Of a DNA stretch of 64,000 nt, positions 20,301 to 30,795 are shown one piece after another. The DNA is taken from positions 1,203 to 65,202 of the forward strand of contig NIVC01001920.1 in NCBI GenBank assembly GCA_002269645.1. The letters are read 5' to 3'. This DNA comes from Macrostomum lignano. Its lineage: Eukaryota. The notes beneath the pieces were generated by a model. It was given only the letters and a program-made list of their open reading frames with translations, made no database searches and was not told where the DNA came from. Made by a program: the position numbers and the translations under genes. Each line of letters begins with the position of its first letter. The first letter of the stretch is position 1.

Positions 20301-23300
20301 GTCAGGTGACCGCTTTGCGAATTGCGACGATTCAATATGTACAATCAGGAGCGCGATTTGTAGCTATCCGATCTCTACTATCTGTATCTAATCTCTCATG
20401 TCTCCCTCTAATCTCCCATGTGTCCCTCTAATCTCCCATGTCTCCCTCTAATCTCCCATGTGTCCCTCTAATCTCTCATGTGTCCCTCTAATCTCTCATG
20501 TCTCCCTGGAATATCTCATGTCTCCCTGCAATCTCTCATGTGTCCCTCAAATGTCTCTATCTAATCTCTAATGCCTCTATCTAATCTCTCATGTCTCCCT
20601 CTAATCTCTAATGTCTCTAAACTAACCTCTCATGTCGCTACCTAATCTCTTTTATCTCTATCTAACCTCTAATATCCCTCTCTAATCTCTCCTATCGTTT
20701 CCGACAATGTATGCTACATTTGTATCTAATCTCTCAATTCTCGTTGTAATCTCTCCCACCTGTCGAGTGGAGAAATGGCTGAGAATCCCCTGAACTTCCC
20801 TCCCCAGTTGCTGATAGCCGGCCTGGCCTACTGGCTGCGCGACTGGCGGCGTCTCATCCTGGTGTCGGTGGCACCGCAGCTGCTGCTAATTGTCATTTTC
20901 TTGTGAGGCTCTCGCTGCCGCGTGCAGGCCTACTTATTACTGTCAGTATAGTAGCGTGCAAAGGTTTTTGCATGAATTTCGTGTTGAGCGAGCTGAAAAA
21001 TAGTTTCACATATCCATTATCAGTAGCAGTAGAATTGCGCCGCATCAAACGCGCATAGTAAGCCGACAGAATTTTTTCCAGTTTTGATTCTCCCATCCCG
21101 AATGCAGCTTCATCGCTGAGTCGCCGGTGTGGCTGGCCAGTCAGCCTGGCCGGCTGTCGCAGCTGCGGCAGTACGCGGCCCGAGCCAACCGGATCAACGG
21201 CGGCAGCGCCACCCAGGCCGACATCGACAGCCTGGAAGTCGACGAGTCGAAGTCGTCGTCCAAATCGAAAGCGGCGGCGCTTGGCCTGGTGGCGAAACTG
21301 CCGCGGCTTCGGTTCATCACCACCAACTTTCTGCTGCTGTGAGGCCGCGTCTCTGGCTGGGGCTGAGATGCCCCGGCTTGCCTTTTCATTGATTTCCTGT
21401 CTCCTGGTCTCCCCAACGGCATCTTTCTTTCGGCGTCTCTCCCCACCGGTGTCTCTCCCCACCGGTGTCTCTCCCCACCGGTGTCTCTCTCCCTACCGGT
21501 GTCTCTCCCCACCGGTGTCTCTCTCCTTACCGGTGTCTCTCTCCCTACCGGTGTCTCTCTCCCTACCGGTGTCTCTCTCCCTACCGGTGTCTCTCCCCAC
21601 CGGTGTCTCTCCCCACCGGTGTCTCTCTCCTTACCGGTGTCTCTCTCCCTACCGGTGTCTCTCTCCCTACCGGTGTCTCTCTCCCCACCGGTGTCTCTCT
21701 CCTTACCGGTGTCTCTCTCCCTACCGGTGTCTCTCTCCCTACCGGTGTCTCTCTCCCTACCGGTGTCTCTCTCCCTACCGGTGTCTCTCTCCCTACCGGT
21801 GTCTCTCTCCCTACCGGTGTCTCTCTCCCTACCGGTGTCTCTCTCCCTACCGGTGTCTCTCTCCCTACCGGTACTCTCTCTCCCTACCGGTGTCACTCTC
21901 CCTACCGGTATCTCTCCCTACCGGTGTCTCTCTCCCTACCGGTGTCTCTCTCCCCACCGGTGTCTCTCCCCACCGGTGTCTCTCTCCTTACCGGTACTCT
22001 CTCTCCCTACCGGTGTCTCTCTCCCTACCGGTGTCTCTCTCCCTACCGGTGTCTCTCTCCCTACCGGTGTCTCTCTCCCTACCGGTACTCTCTCTCCCTA
22101 CCGGTGTCTCTCCCTACCGGTGTCTCTCCCTACCGGTGTCTCTCCCTACCGGTGTCTCTCCCTACCGGTGTCTCTCCCTACCGGTGTCTCTCTCCCTACC
22201 GGTGTCTCTCTCCCTACCGGTGTCTCTCTCCCTACCGGTGTCTCTCTCCCTACCGGTGTCTCTCCTCTCCTCTCTTCCCACCAGTACGCTCGTAGCTCCT
22301 CCCAGTTTTTCTCCGCCAATATCTCCTCCCACTCTCCGGTGTCTCCTCCCACTCTCCGGTGTCTCCTCCCACTCTCTGGTGTCTCCTCCCACTCTCTGGT
22401 GTCTCCTCCCACTCTCCGGTGTCTCCTCCCACTCTCTGGTGTCTCCTCCCACTCTCCGGTGTCTCCTCCCACTCTCCGGTGTCTCCTCCCACTCTCTGGT
22501 GTCTCCTCCCACTCTCTGGTGTCTCCTCCCACTCTCCGGTGTCTCCTCCCACTCTCTGGTGTCTCCTCCCACTCTCTGGTGTCTCCTCCCACTCTCCGGT
22601 GTCTCCTCCCACTCTCTGGTGTCTCCTCCCACTCTCCGGTGTCTCCTCCCACTCTCCGGTGTCTCCTCCCACTCTCCGGTGTCTCCTCCCACTCTCCGGT
22701 GTCTCCTCCCACTCTCTGGTGTCTCCTCCCACTCTCCGGTGTCTCCTCCCACTCTCCGGTGTCTCCTCCCACTCTCTGGTGTCTCCTCCCACTCTCTGGT
22801 GTCTCCTTCCATTCCCCCGGTATCTCCTTTTACTCCCTGGTCTCCCCCGGTCCCTTTTTACTGTCTCTCTCCCTCTCTCCCCAATCTCCCAATCTTAACT
22901 ACTTTATCTCTTGCCCTCCTTTCTCCACTCGCCATCTCAAAGTATGGACATAGGAGTGCAGGTGTCTTTAACTACGGAAATTTTCTATCTTGTTATTGTC
23001 TTACAAAAGTGCAGACACTTTCAGACACCTTCTGGTCACCTCTCTTCCCTCCACCCCTCCACCATTGCCGCAGAGTGTTCAGCGGCCTGTCGAACTCGGC
23101 GATCCTGTTCAACGCTGAGAAACTCTCCGGCAGCTTCTACTTGAACTTCGCCCTGCTGGGAGTGTCCAACGCCGTCTCCTACCTGCTCGGCTGGCTGCTG
23201 GCCGACCGTCTCGGCATTGTTCGCCTAATCCGCATCGACATCCTGCTGGGCGCAGTTGCTATGGCAACTGTGGCCGCGGTGCAGACTGCCGGACCCGAGC

Positions 23301-24201
23301 TAGGCTTGATTGTCACGGTGGCCACTCAGGTTGGGAAAATTTTCCTGCTCAATGCCAACAATTCGGTGCAAATCTATGGCACCCAGGTGTTCCCCACTGT
23401 TGCCAGGTGAGTGTCCGGGTGCCCCTATTGGTCATGATTGACAGGTGTGTCCTTAGGTGCTTAGTAGCTGTTCTCCTGATTGACAGGTGTGACTCTCCAG
23501 GTGATTGGTAGCTGTTCTCCTGATTGACAGGTGTGACTCTCCAGGTGATTGGTAGCTGTTCTCCTGATTGACAGGTGTGACTCTCCAGGTGATTGGTAGC
23601 TGTTCTCCTGATTGACAGGTGTGACTCTCCAGGTGATTGGTAGCTGTTCTCATAATTTACAGGTGTGTATCATTAGGTGATTAATAGGCTGTTCATCTGA
23701 TTGACAGGTTTGACTCAAAAGGTGATAATAGGCTGTTCTCCTGATTGACAGGCGAGACTATCCAGGTGTTTATTAGCTATTTTCATGATTGACAGGTGAT
23801 GCATTTAGTTTCAAACGGATACACCCGTAATCCGCCTCCGAATTCCCAGAAATCTGGCCACCGGCGTCATCGGAGTGGCAGTTTCTCTCGGCAGCCTCCT
23901 GGCGCCATTCCTGCTTTACATTGGCGAGACTGGCAATAGTTGGCTGGCTTTTCTGCCATTCCTGCTGGTTGCTGGGCTGTTACTATGCGGCCTGCTACTC
24001 ACGCTAACTCTGCCACCTGTGCCGGACCGGCTGTTGGTTACGTTTGAAGACTTTGACAGCTTCTTGGCGGCGCCGGCGGCTGGTCGGCAGTGCTGCGGAG
24101 TCTTCTATTGCGGCGGGGCCGGCCCTCAAGTGGCGCCAATGGAAATTCCCATGGCGCCGACTGGTGGCGCCGGCGCTCAAGCGGCGCCAAACAAGCTCTG
24201 A
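12517..24201 (+). CDS. SLC22-family (organic cation/anion, MFS) transporter, 579 aa, 8 exons
   Basis: Exons 12517-12912, 13933-14036, 14389-14543, 20232-20305, 20808-20902, 21108-21338, 23074-23406 and 23850-24201 total 1740 nt, in frame with GT-AG junctions. SLC22 signatures: MKFDELLAKIGGFGRFQ, cysteine-rich first loop, FDLVCE, LSDRFGRR (MFS motif A), LAYWLRDWRRL, ESPVWL, QVFPTVARN. No specific orthologue can be assigned. Confidence 0.88.
12990..13185. repeat. 30-bp minisatellite GAGGTGATTAATTCTCTGTACTCTTCCTTT
   Basis: About 6.5 near-identical copies in SLC22 intron 1. Confidence 0.92.
13212..13882. repeat. 48-bp minisatellite GAGAAATTCCCCCAAGCTCTAGATAGTGAGATGCTCTCTATTGGAGAC
   Basis: About 14 copies, ending about 50 bp before the acceptor at 13932. 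Confidence 0.95.
14153..14376. repeat. (CAAT)n degenerate microsatellite
   Basis: Runs of CAAT/CAAC in SLC22 intron 2, replacing the usual polypyrimidine tract before the 14388 acceptor. Confidence 0.9.
14676..14815. repeat. 11-bp array (RATCTATATCT)n, left half
   Basis: Tandem GATCTATATCT/AATCTATATCT; continues at 19676 after the Helitron. Confidence 0.9.
15530..18140. repeat. 22-23 bp satellite AATCATAGAAGCGTCATGTAAAM, about 110 copies, inside the Helitron
   Basis: Long tandem array, most homogeneous centrally and degenerate at both edges. Confidence 0.95.
18966..19045 (+). repeat. Interstitial telomeric (TTAGGG)n tract
   Basis: About 12 TTAGGG/CTAGGG units; more degenerate tracts at about 18570-18615, 19300-19395 and 19548-19570. 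Confidence 0.85.
19676..20095. repeat. 11-bp array (RATCTATATCT)n, right half
   Basis: About 38 copies directly after the Helitron CTAG end. Confidence 0.92.
20380..20760. repeat. 20-bp degenerate minisatellite CTAATCTCYCATGTSTCCCT
   Basis: Tandem copies decaying rightwards in SLC22 intron 4. Confidence 0.8.
21435..22262. repeat. 16-18 bp minisatellite ACCGGTGTCTCTCTCCCT
   Basis: About 45 copies in SLC22 intron 6. Confidence 0.95.
22322..22812. repeat. 20-bp minisatellite GGTGTCTCCTCCCACTCTCY
   Basis: About 24 copies; shares the GGTGTCTC core with the adjacent 18-bp array. Confidence 0.95.
23432..23800. repeat. 44-bp minisatellite TGATTGACAGGTGTGACTCTCCAGGTGATTGGTAGCTGTTCTCC
   Basis: About 8 copies (4 near-perfect) filling SLC22 intron 7. 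Confidence 0.9.
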
Positions 24202-25387
24202 TTCAGTCAGCTATTAGTGACTGCTGAACCTGATTTTAACTAAATTTTCTTTGCTTCGTTCGGACCGACTTTAATCTATAATTTATAGTCTATATGAAAA
24301 GTTACTCCTAGCATCTTGAGTGGCATTTCATCAGTTTTGTGGCATTTTGTGCTTTAAGAAGAATCTTTATAGAGCCTTTATATTGGATTTTTCAAAGTGC
24401 ACGACGCCCTAGTAAACCATGGCTTCTGCTCCCGCCACCCTCTCCGACTTGCTTGCCTTTGCACGTCCTATACTGCACTGAGATTTCTACGAGTAGAGAA
24501 CTTTGAAATTGAGCGTTTTTTTTCGTTTTGATTTACTTGTAGTACTACCTGACAGAGAATCATTCGACGCTACGAGCTAAGATTGAAGCTTTCTTCTATT
24601 TATACATATAGTTTATACTATTCTATTATGTACTATTGTACTATTCTATTATGTTGTTATATTATAAATGAATACATTCGCACAAGTTATTCAGATAACT
24701 GAAACTGTCTTTCTTTACGCTCAAGTTTACGTGTGGAAAGATGCAGATAGAATTTAGAGCCAATAAACTAGCCTTGTCTTTAAAAATACATTAATGTACT
24801 TGATGAGGACGCACTTTTTCCCAAATCCCGCGCTAGCACATGGGCTCTAAACTTACTTGCCTACTAACAGTGGGCAATGGGCATTTTTATCCTTTTTCTG
24901 CGAATTTTCATAGAATCTATACTAGATATAATGTCTGGTCATACTAGTAGTCATAATAACATAGGCGCAGCTTTTTGGGTCATAAATCATCGCTTTCAAA
25001 GTTGGTCTGACAGCCACCTGCGCCTCACTCAGTGTTGAAGCGGGCGCCAGATGGTCTGAGAGGATGCGGGCGGTAGCTTTTTTCTCATCATTTTGACAGG
25101 CCATCAAGATTTATGAGGTCAGAGCCTATTGTTCGTGTTCACTCAAGCGTGTGACAGCTTTGACAGCTATGCGTTTTACCCCTAAAAGTACTTTGGGATT
25201 AGCGATTAGCGATTTCTCTTCATTATCTTCACTTTCTATTTAATAAGAGCTTTCTAATGTATATTTTTTCATTAATTTCTGTCAATCCTACGCGAAAGGT
25301 CATAAATCATTTTGTTGCGATTTTGAGTGATTTATGGCCGCACCTGTCATCTTTTTACGACCCTGTGGGAACTGATAGGATCTCTCG

Positions 25388-25550
25388 GTCACGTGATTCT
25401 GGTAGCAACAAGCTTAGCCAATCAGAAAATTCGGCGCTCATTTTAACAAAACGGCTCAGCCAATCAGAATCGACGTGTTCCATTATAACAAACTGCGGTC
25501 CAGTTGGCGGCTATTTAAACCGGAGTTTTTGGCCCGCTCGGACTCAACTT
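25388..25550 (+). promoter_or_regulatory. Promoter-like cluster: E-box, two CCAAT boxes, TATA-like box and Inr-like site
   Basis: GTCACGTGA 25388-25396; AGCCAATCAG at 25416-25425 and 25458-25467; TATTTAAA 25512-25519; TCAACTT at about 25544, roughly 33 bp after the TATA-like box. Could drive the 27238 gene or be an LTR U3 remnant. Confidence 0.35.
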
Positions 25551-27237
25551 TGGCTCGGGCCCAGCGCGCAACTTCTGGTTCCCGGAGCACGACCGTCGTT
25601 TCTTGATCCCCGGATTGCGACTTCCCCCATCATCATCAAGGACGAGTCCCCCGGTCATCAGCAGCGAACATCAAGTTAAGAGCATCACCTGCTAGCTAAC
25701 AGCGAAGATTGTGACAGCATCATCCCGAGTCTACAGCTGCAGAGCATCGAGCCGATTCGGTCACTGTGGATTACCTGGTCTCCGGCTGTTGAGTTTCTGA
25801 TTGGTTGGGTGAGAGGCTACCTAGACTTGCTTGATTGGGTGATCCCTTTTCTGTCCCCTGTTGCAGTAGCTGAATTAGGCGCACACTTTTGCTCATTTTG
25901 TTCAGTAGTGCTGTTGCTGAGGCAGAAATCATTCAATAATACTGCTAGTAGTCTAAGACTCCAATTCAATCTGAAGTGTGAAGTGAACTAAGGAGAAGGT
26001 TAAATCTAACAGTTATTTTTGTCGGTTTTATTTCTTTGTTCGCCGATGGCTCAGATGAGTAGCTAAGCTAGTAGGCGCCGGTCACAGTGGACCAATGGCA
26101 AGGCAGTTCTCAGTCGACCAATCTATCAAATCAGTGAGCAAAACTGCCAGAAGTGCAGAATCGGCGCCAGAGATGTACTTTGTGCACTCTAGGGTAGCCA
26201 AGCGGCTCGGGTAAATGAATCACGCGGTCTCTGAAGTTCGAGTTAGTCTATCATCAGCGCTATGAGAGGCTAGTTGGCGCGTTGAAGGCCAAAAGTACAT
26301 ATCTTCGTATTTAGCAATGTAATAGTACATGTAGCTACCCCATAGACTCGCCACCGCAAGAATCCCCTGCACAAGTCCCCTCTGTACCTGCATGGCCAAT
26401 GCGATCAAATCCCAGCAGTGTCCCTTATCATCGGCTATGACTTCGAGATTGACAGCAAAAAGACACTAGTTGGCAGGTAAGTGCAAAGCCCCTTCTAGTC
26501 GGAAGCCCGATTTCGAGAGTCCCGGTGTGGTGAGCCAGGGCGCACGGGCTGGTGGCAGCAAGTTAGTTGATCTGCGGATTAGCTAATTTCTACTTTCAAA
26601 ATTCTCCCTGCTCGTCTCTCGCTGTCCCTCTCTTAGCTATAGGACCTAGACTGCTCGCCACACGATCAAGCTACCATGGGGCTGACCATCTGACAGGAGT
26701 GGGGGCCAGGTCTCTAATTGATTTATTTCTGAGCCTGAGGCCCGAAGGCTTCCCTAACAAGGAGCCCGAAGGTCGAAACCCATCATACTTCTGTTTAACG
26801 CACTACTGAACTGAAAGTAGGTTACACGCAAATGGGATGAGTGGCTCATCTAGTAATTATAGTGCGAGCGTATCTGTGGCCTGGAGATTTGTTTGCCTAG
26901 AGTTTCACGATTCAATTCAGAGTATTGAATCGGTTAAATTAAATGTACATGTGTTTTTAATTACAATTCTCTCCGCTTGACGCTGATTGGCAAGGAGAAC
27001 CCTAGCCCATACTGACACCCACCTCACTCCATTTTCCATTTCTTCTAGTCTTATCTTAATTCGGGGGTGGGCGAACAGAATTTACACTGAACATAAGAAT
27101 GTAGAGTTCAGCCCTGACCCATGAATTGTCCATTCCTCCTAATTAAAAGCATATGACAGACCTGTGCCTAATTAACATTTACCCAACCAAATTGCACCAG
27201 TAGAAGTAAGTTTTTAGTTTGTAAAAAAACACTCATC

Positions 27238-28781
27238 ATGACCCTAAACCTTGGCGCCATCATTGGCGGCGTCTCAGTGGCACTGTCGCTTGTCATTTTT
27301 CTCGCCTGTTTCCTAACGTCAGGCATCGGACCTCGCTGCTGCCACCGGCTGACCGAGAGGTGTCGCCGACAGCGCCTGAGACGACGGCGTCAATCGGCTG
27401 CTAATCAAGTCGTCTCGATCCAACGCCTGCGCCCGTTGAAAGGCGACGCGACGGAGGCCCTGACGTCGCCGTGCTTTGTGCAGCTGCCGGCTGCGCCTGA
27501 CGCGGTTGGCGCCAAGTCGAAGCGCCCGATTGGCGGCAGTCAGCTGCTGTTTCGGCCAATCGGCGCCGGAGTCAAGTCGGCGCCGAATCCGCCCAGACCG
27601 GCACCCCTGTCAAGCCCGTGGCGCCATCGTCTGTCACCACCGCTGCCGCCGCCTCAGATGCAGTGCCTGTTCCAGATGCTGCCACAAGCGCAGCAGCCGC
27701 AATTAAAGACGCTTCCAGTCAGCCTTGGTAACGATGACGACAAGAACAACAACGATGTCGGCTGGCAAAGCAAGGTTAGATTTCTCTATACGAGCGTTAA
27801 AGCATTATTTGTAAATAATATAAATAGAAATGTTTACATGAACAATTAAGTGATAAAGAGCAAGGAAACAGAAAATATATTAAAGAAGGGTGTGAGAAGA
27901 TATGGATGTAGAAGAGTAATGCCGATGAAAACACTTTCCTATAGCTTCCCTTCCTAATAATTTACAGTTTAGTATTGCGCATGTTTACTAAATGATGGAC
28001 TTGAAGCTCTTGAGCGACTATAACAGAAATCTTACTCATATGCCCATCAACATTCCAGCCATCAGCCGCTAAGCCGCATCAGACTCAGCAACCCTCGGCA
28101 GCTATTCGATCAACGCCGCAGAACCAGCCGTTGCCCCTGCCACCAGCAGTGTACAGGCGCGGTCTCTCCACCATACAGCTGTCCCTGTCCACCATTAGGG
28201 ACTGCAGCGCTAGCGGGCAGATACCGCCTGACTGCCTGTACGCTGGCCACGGCTCACCTTCCTCGCCAGCGTCTTCACACAAACCGTCATCACTGCCGCC
28301 ACCTCCACCGCCACCACTGCCACCGGCACCGCCGCCGCCATCGCAGTTGAGCAGCGCGGCGACTGAGGACGCTTATTCAGCGTCAGCGGCAATGGAGACT
28401 GCAGTCAGTGCCAGCGCACCGACTCCCGCCGCCGCTGCTGCCACCGCGGTGTCGCTGCGGGTTCAGATTGGTTCCGCCTACGGCTCACTGCACCAGCCAC
28501 CGGTCCGGCCGCTTCAACCGCTGCCGTTGAAGTTCTCCAAGCGATCCAACGCCTCGTCGTCCGAATGCCACGACTGGTCACCGCCAAGGCCGAGGCCTCC
28601 CGTTGGCGCTGCGGCCGCTGCCGCTGCAACCACAGCAGCCGCAGTTTGGGCATCGGAGGACGGTGACGTGACCGTCTTCGATCTGGAGGTGTCGTCAAGA
28701 TCGACGGCAGGGCGCAACCGGGGCCGCCTGAATGAGGGCCTCATTGAAAGCGGCCATACTGACCAGTCCAGTAGCTTTTAG
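27238..28781 (+). CDS. Orphan single-pass membrane protein with a long Pro/Ala/Ser-rich tail, 419 aa, 2 exons
   Basis: Exon 27238-27774 (donor AAG|GTTAGA) joins in phase 0 to exon 28059-28781 (acceptor CATTCCAG|) across a 284-bp AT-rich intron; 1260 nt, open. N-terminal hydrophobic helix LGAIIGGVSVALSLVIFLACFL is followed by Cys residues and RRQRLRRRRQ. Exon GC content matches the neighbouring genes. No family recognised. Confidence 0.62.
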
Positions 28782-30795
28782 ATTTTTGTCTAGACTATAT
28801 TATTGCGGCGTATTGAATTAAAGAATTAGAAACGTTTCGGATCGTTTTAAACAAATTACATGAACAGAATTGCACAGATAAAACCAAGTTTTTCACGCAA
28901 AATTATATATAATACACTCGTACATGCATTCTAATCCATATCAAGCATACGTTGAGGCTGTTTAATGATTTGTACATGTATTATCCGTTTTCTAACGTTT
29001 CTAACGTCTAAATTTTTCTATGTGTTGGGCGGGCAGGGCGCCTTTTCTGCTCTAAATTTGCTCAAATAACTTTATAGCTTTAATAAGATTTACTAAAAGC
29101 GTAACAAAGTATGTTACATACACATAATGCACATAACACCGGCTTAAGCTGTTTTTTCCTTGTTTGATAAAGATGCAACAAGTTTATTGTAATTGCTTTT
29201 TTCCCAAAAATCTGTTGCTTATTAAAAAATCTACAAAATCGGTAATTATTTTACGTATTTTTTCTTCTAGCTCCAAAGGTTGTTTTAAAAGGACAACAAT
29301 GCAAAGATAAGAAAGGTTTCATTTTAAGTTCCGGCAAACTTAAATATATTGCTTGTATCCGAACTTTAGGGTCAAAATTCTAAATCTGTAGTTTTTAAGT
29401 ATTTTTTGTCGAATGAATAAAGTATCAAAACTTTAGATAACTTAACTTTATAACATAAAGTCTAATGGTATCACCATAAATTAAATTCTCCCCTCGTATT
29501 GAACTGTAATATTTACGACGTCGTTAAACTGCGATAACTTCACAGCGATGTACAAAACGCACTTTTTTAAGAATTGTTTTGTGGGCATTTTCATCTCACT
29601 GAAACAGCGAAAATTTGTCATTGCTAGCGTACCATTTTCATTAGTCAGTTAATTAGTCACTTTTTACTCCATCTGTCATGTTAGAAAAAAGAGAAGTACA
29701 TTTTTAGTCTGTGTTTCAATTGGCATTATTCTGGAGTTTTGCACGTCGAGCGTTTGTATTTTGGTATGTTTATATTTTTCTGAAATTCTTTATATAGCCT
29801 ATAGGCAAATAAAATTGGGGCTTTCTGTTCTGGTAATTTAACAATTGAATAAAGTTACTTACCATATATTTTTGCGTCTTCGAAACTTAAACATAGGCCA
29901 AAATAGATAAGATTTTATTGTTTTTTATTAAAATGTGTTCTTATTATTATTATATAAGAATGTTTTCGTTAATGTTGAATTAAATGTTGTCAATTTCACT
30001 TTTATAAGCAAAAGAGTGCTGACAGTAGCCATGATTCAAATAAAACTATAAAATACATTTATAGTTCATACTTTTTTAAACCATACAAATTAGAATGAAA
30101 GTTACAGATTCTATAGACTAAAGATATAATAGAAATATTGGGGCTTAAGACATTTTGTAGAAATATATTTTTTAATCTGAAGCTTTAAAAGTAAAGTATT
30201 GACTTTTTTAAAATATAAATTAAAGTATGACTGGCTTTACATTATTGTGTCAATCAGTACTAACATAGTATGACAATATAAAGTGAAAAGTGCTCTACTG
30301 TTTTGTTTAATTTTGAATATAATACGACTGTCATATATTTGTTTGAAAATCTTTTGGAAATTTTCTGGTTTTAAACTCCTGTTAATATGTAAAGTTGAGT
30401 GAAAATTAATTCAGTACCATCGACATATCATTCTAAGTGGCATATCTCTTATACAATTGTTTTCATTCTTTTCAAAAATTCTTAATTCTAGCTATTTAAA
30501 TTAATATTGCTAAAAATTAAATTGTATCAAGAGAATCAAGATTTAAATGTCATTTGTAAGGTATTCAGTGGAAAGTCAATTTTTCCAAAGCTATAACTCG
30601 CGTCATTTCACTTATGCAGGATCGCGCGTGAAAACGAAAAACAATGGCATTGGACAACTCGTTTATTGAGCTAACTGTGTAAATTTCCCGGCTTTATTTT
30701 TGTTTGCTTTCGACCGCACTCGCAACCCATTGGTTGTTCGGTACCTTAACGCACACCTGGTTGGCAACACGTTCTCCGGCACTGAGTGAGAGGTC

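Noticed and set aside
21281-23410. 709-aa ORF, plus other long ORFs such as 3010-3993, 5593-6627, 32521-34032, 36471-38654, 55659-56314, 58884-59826 and 62015-63013
   Set aside because: They are translations of tandem repeats, open in several frames and on both strands. The only real coding parts are the exon segments already assigned to spliced genes.
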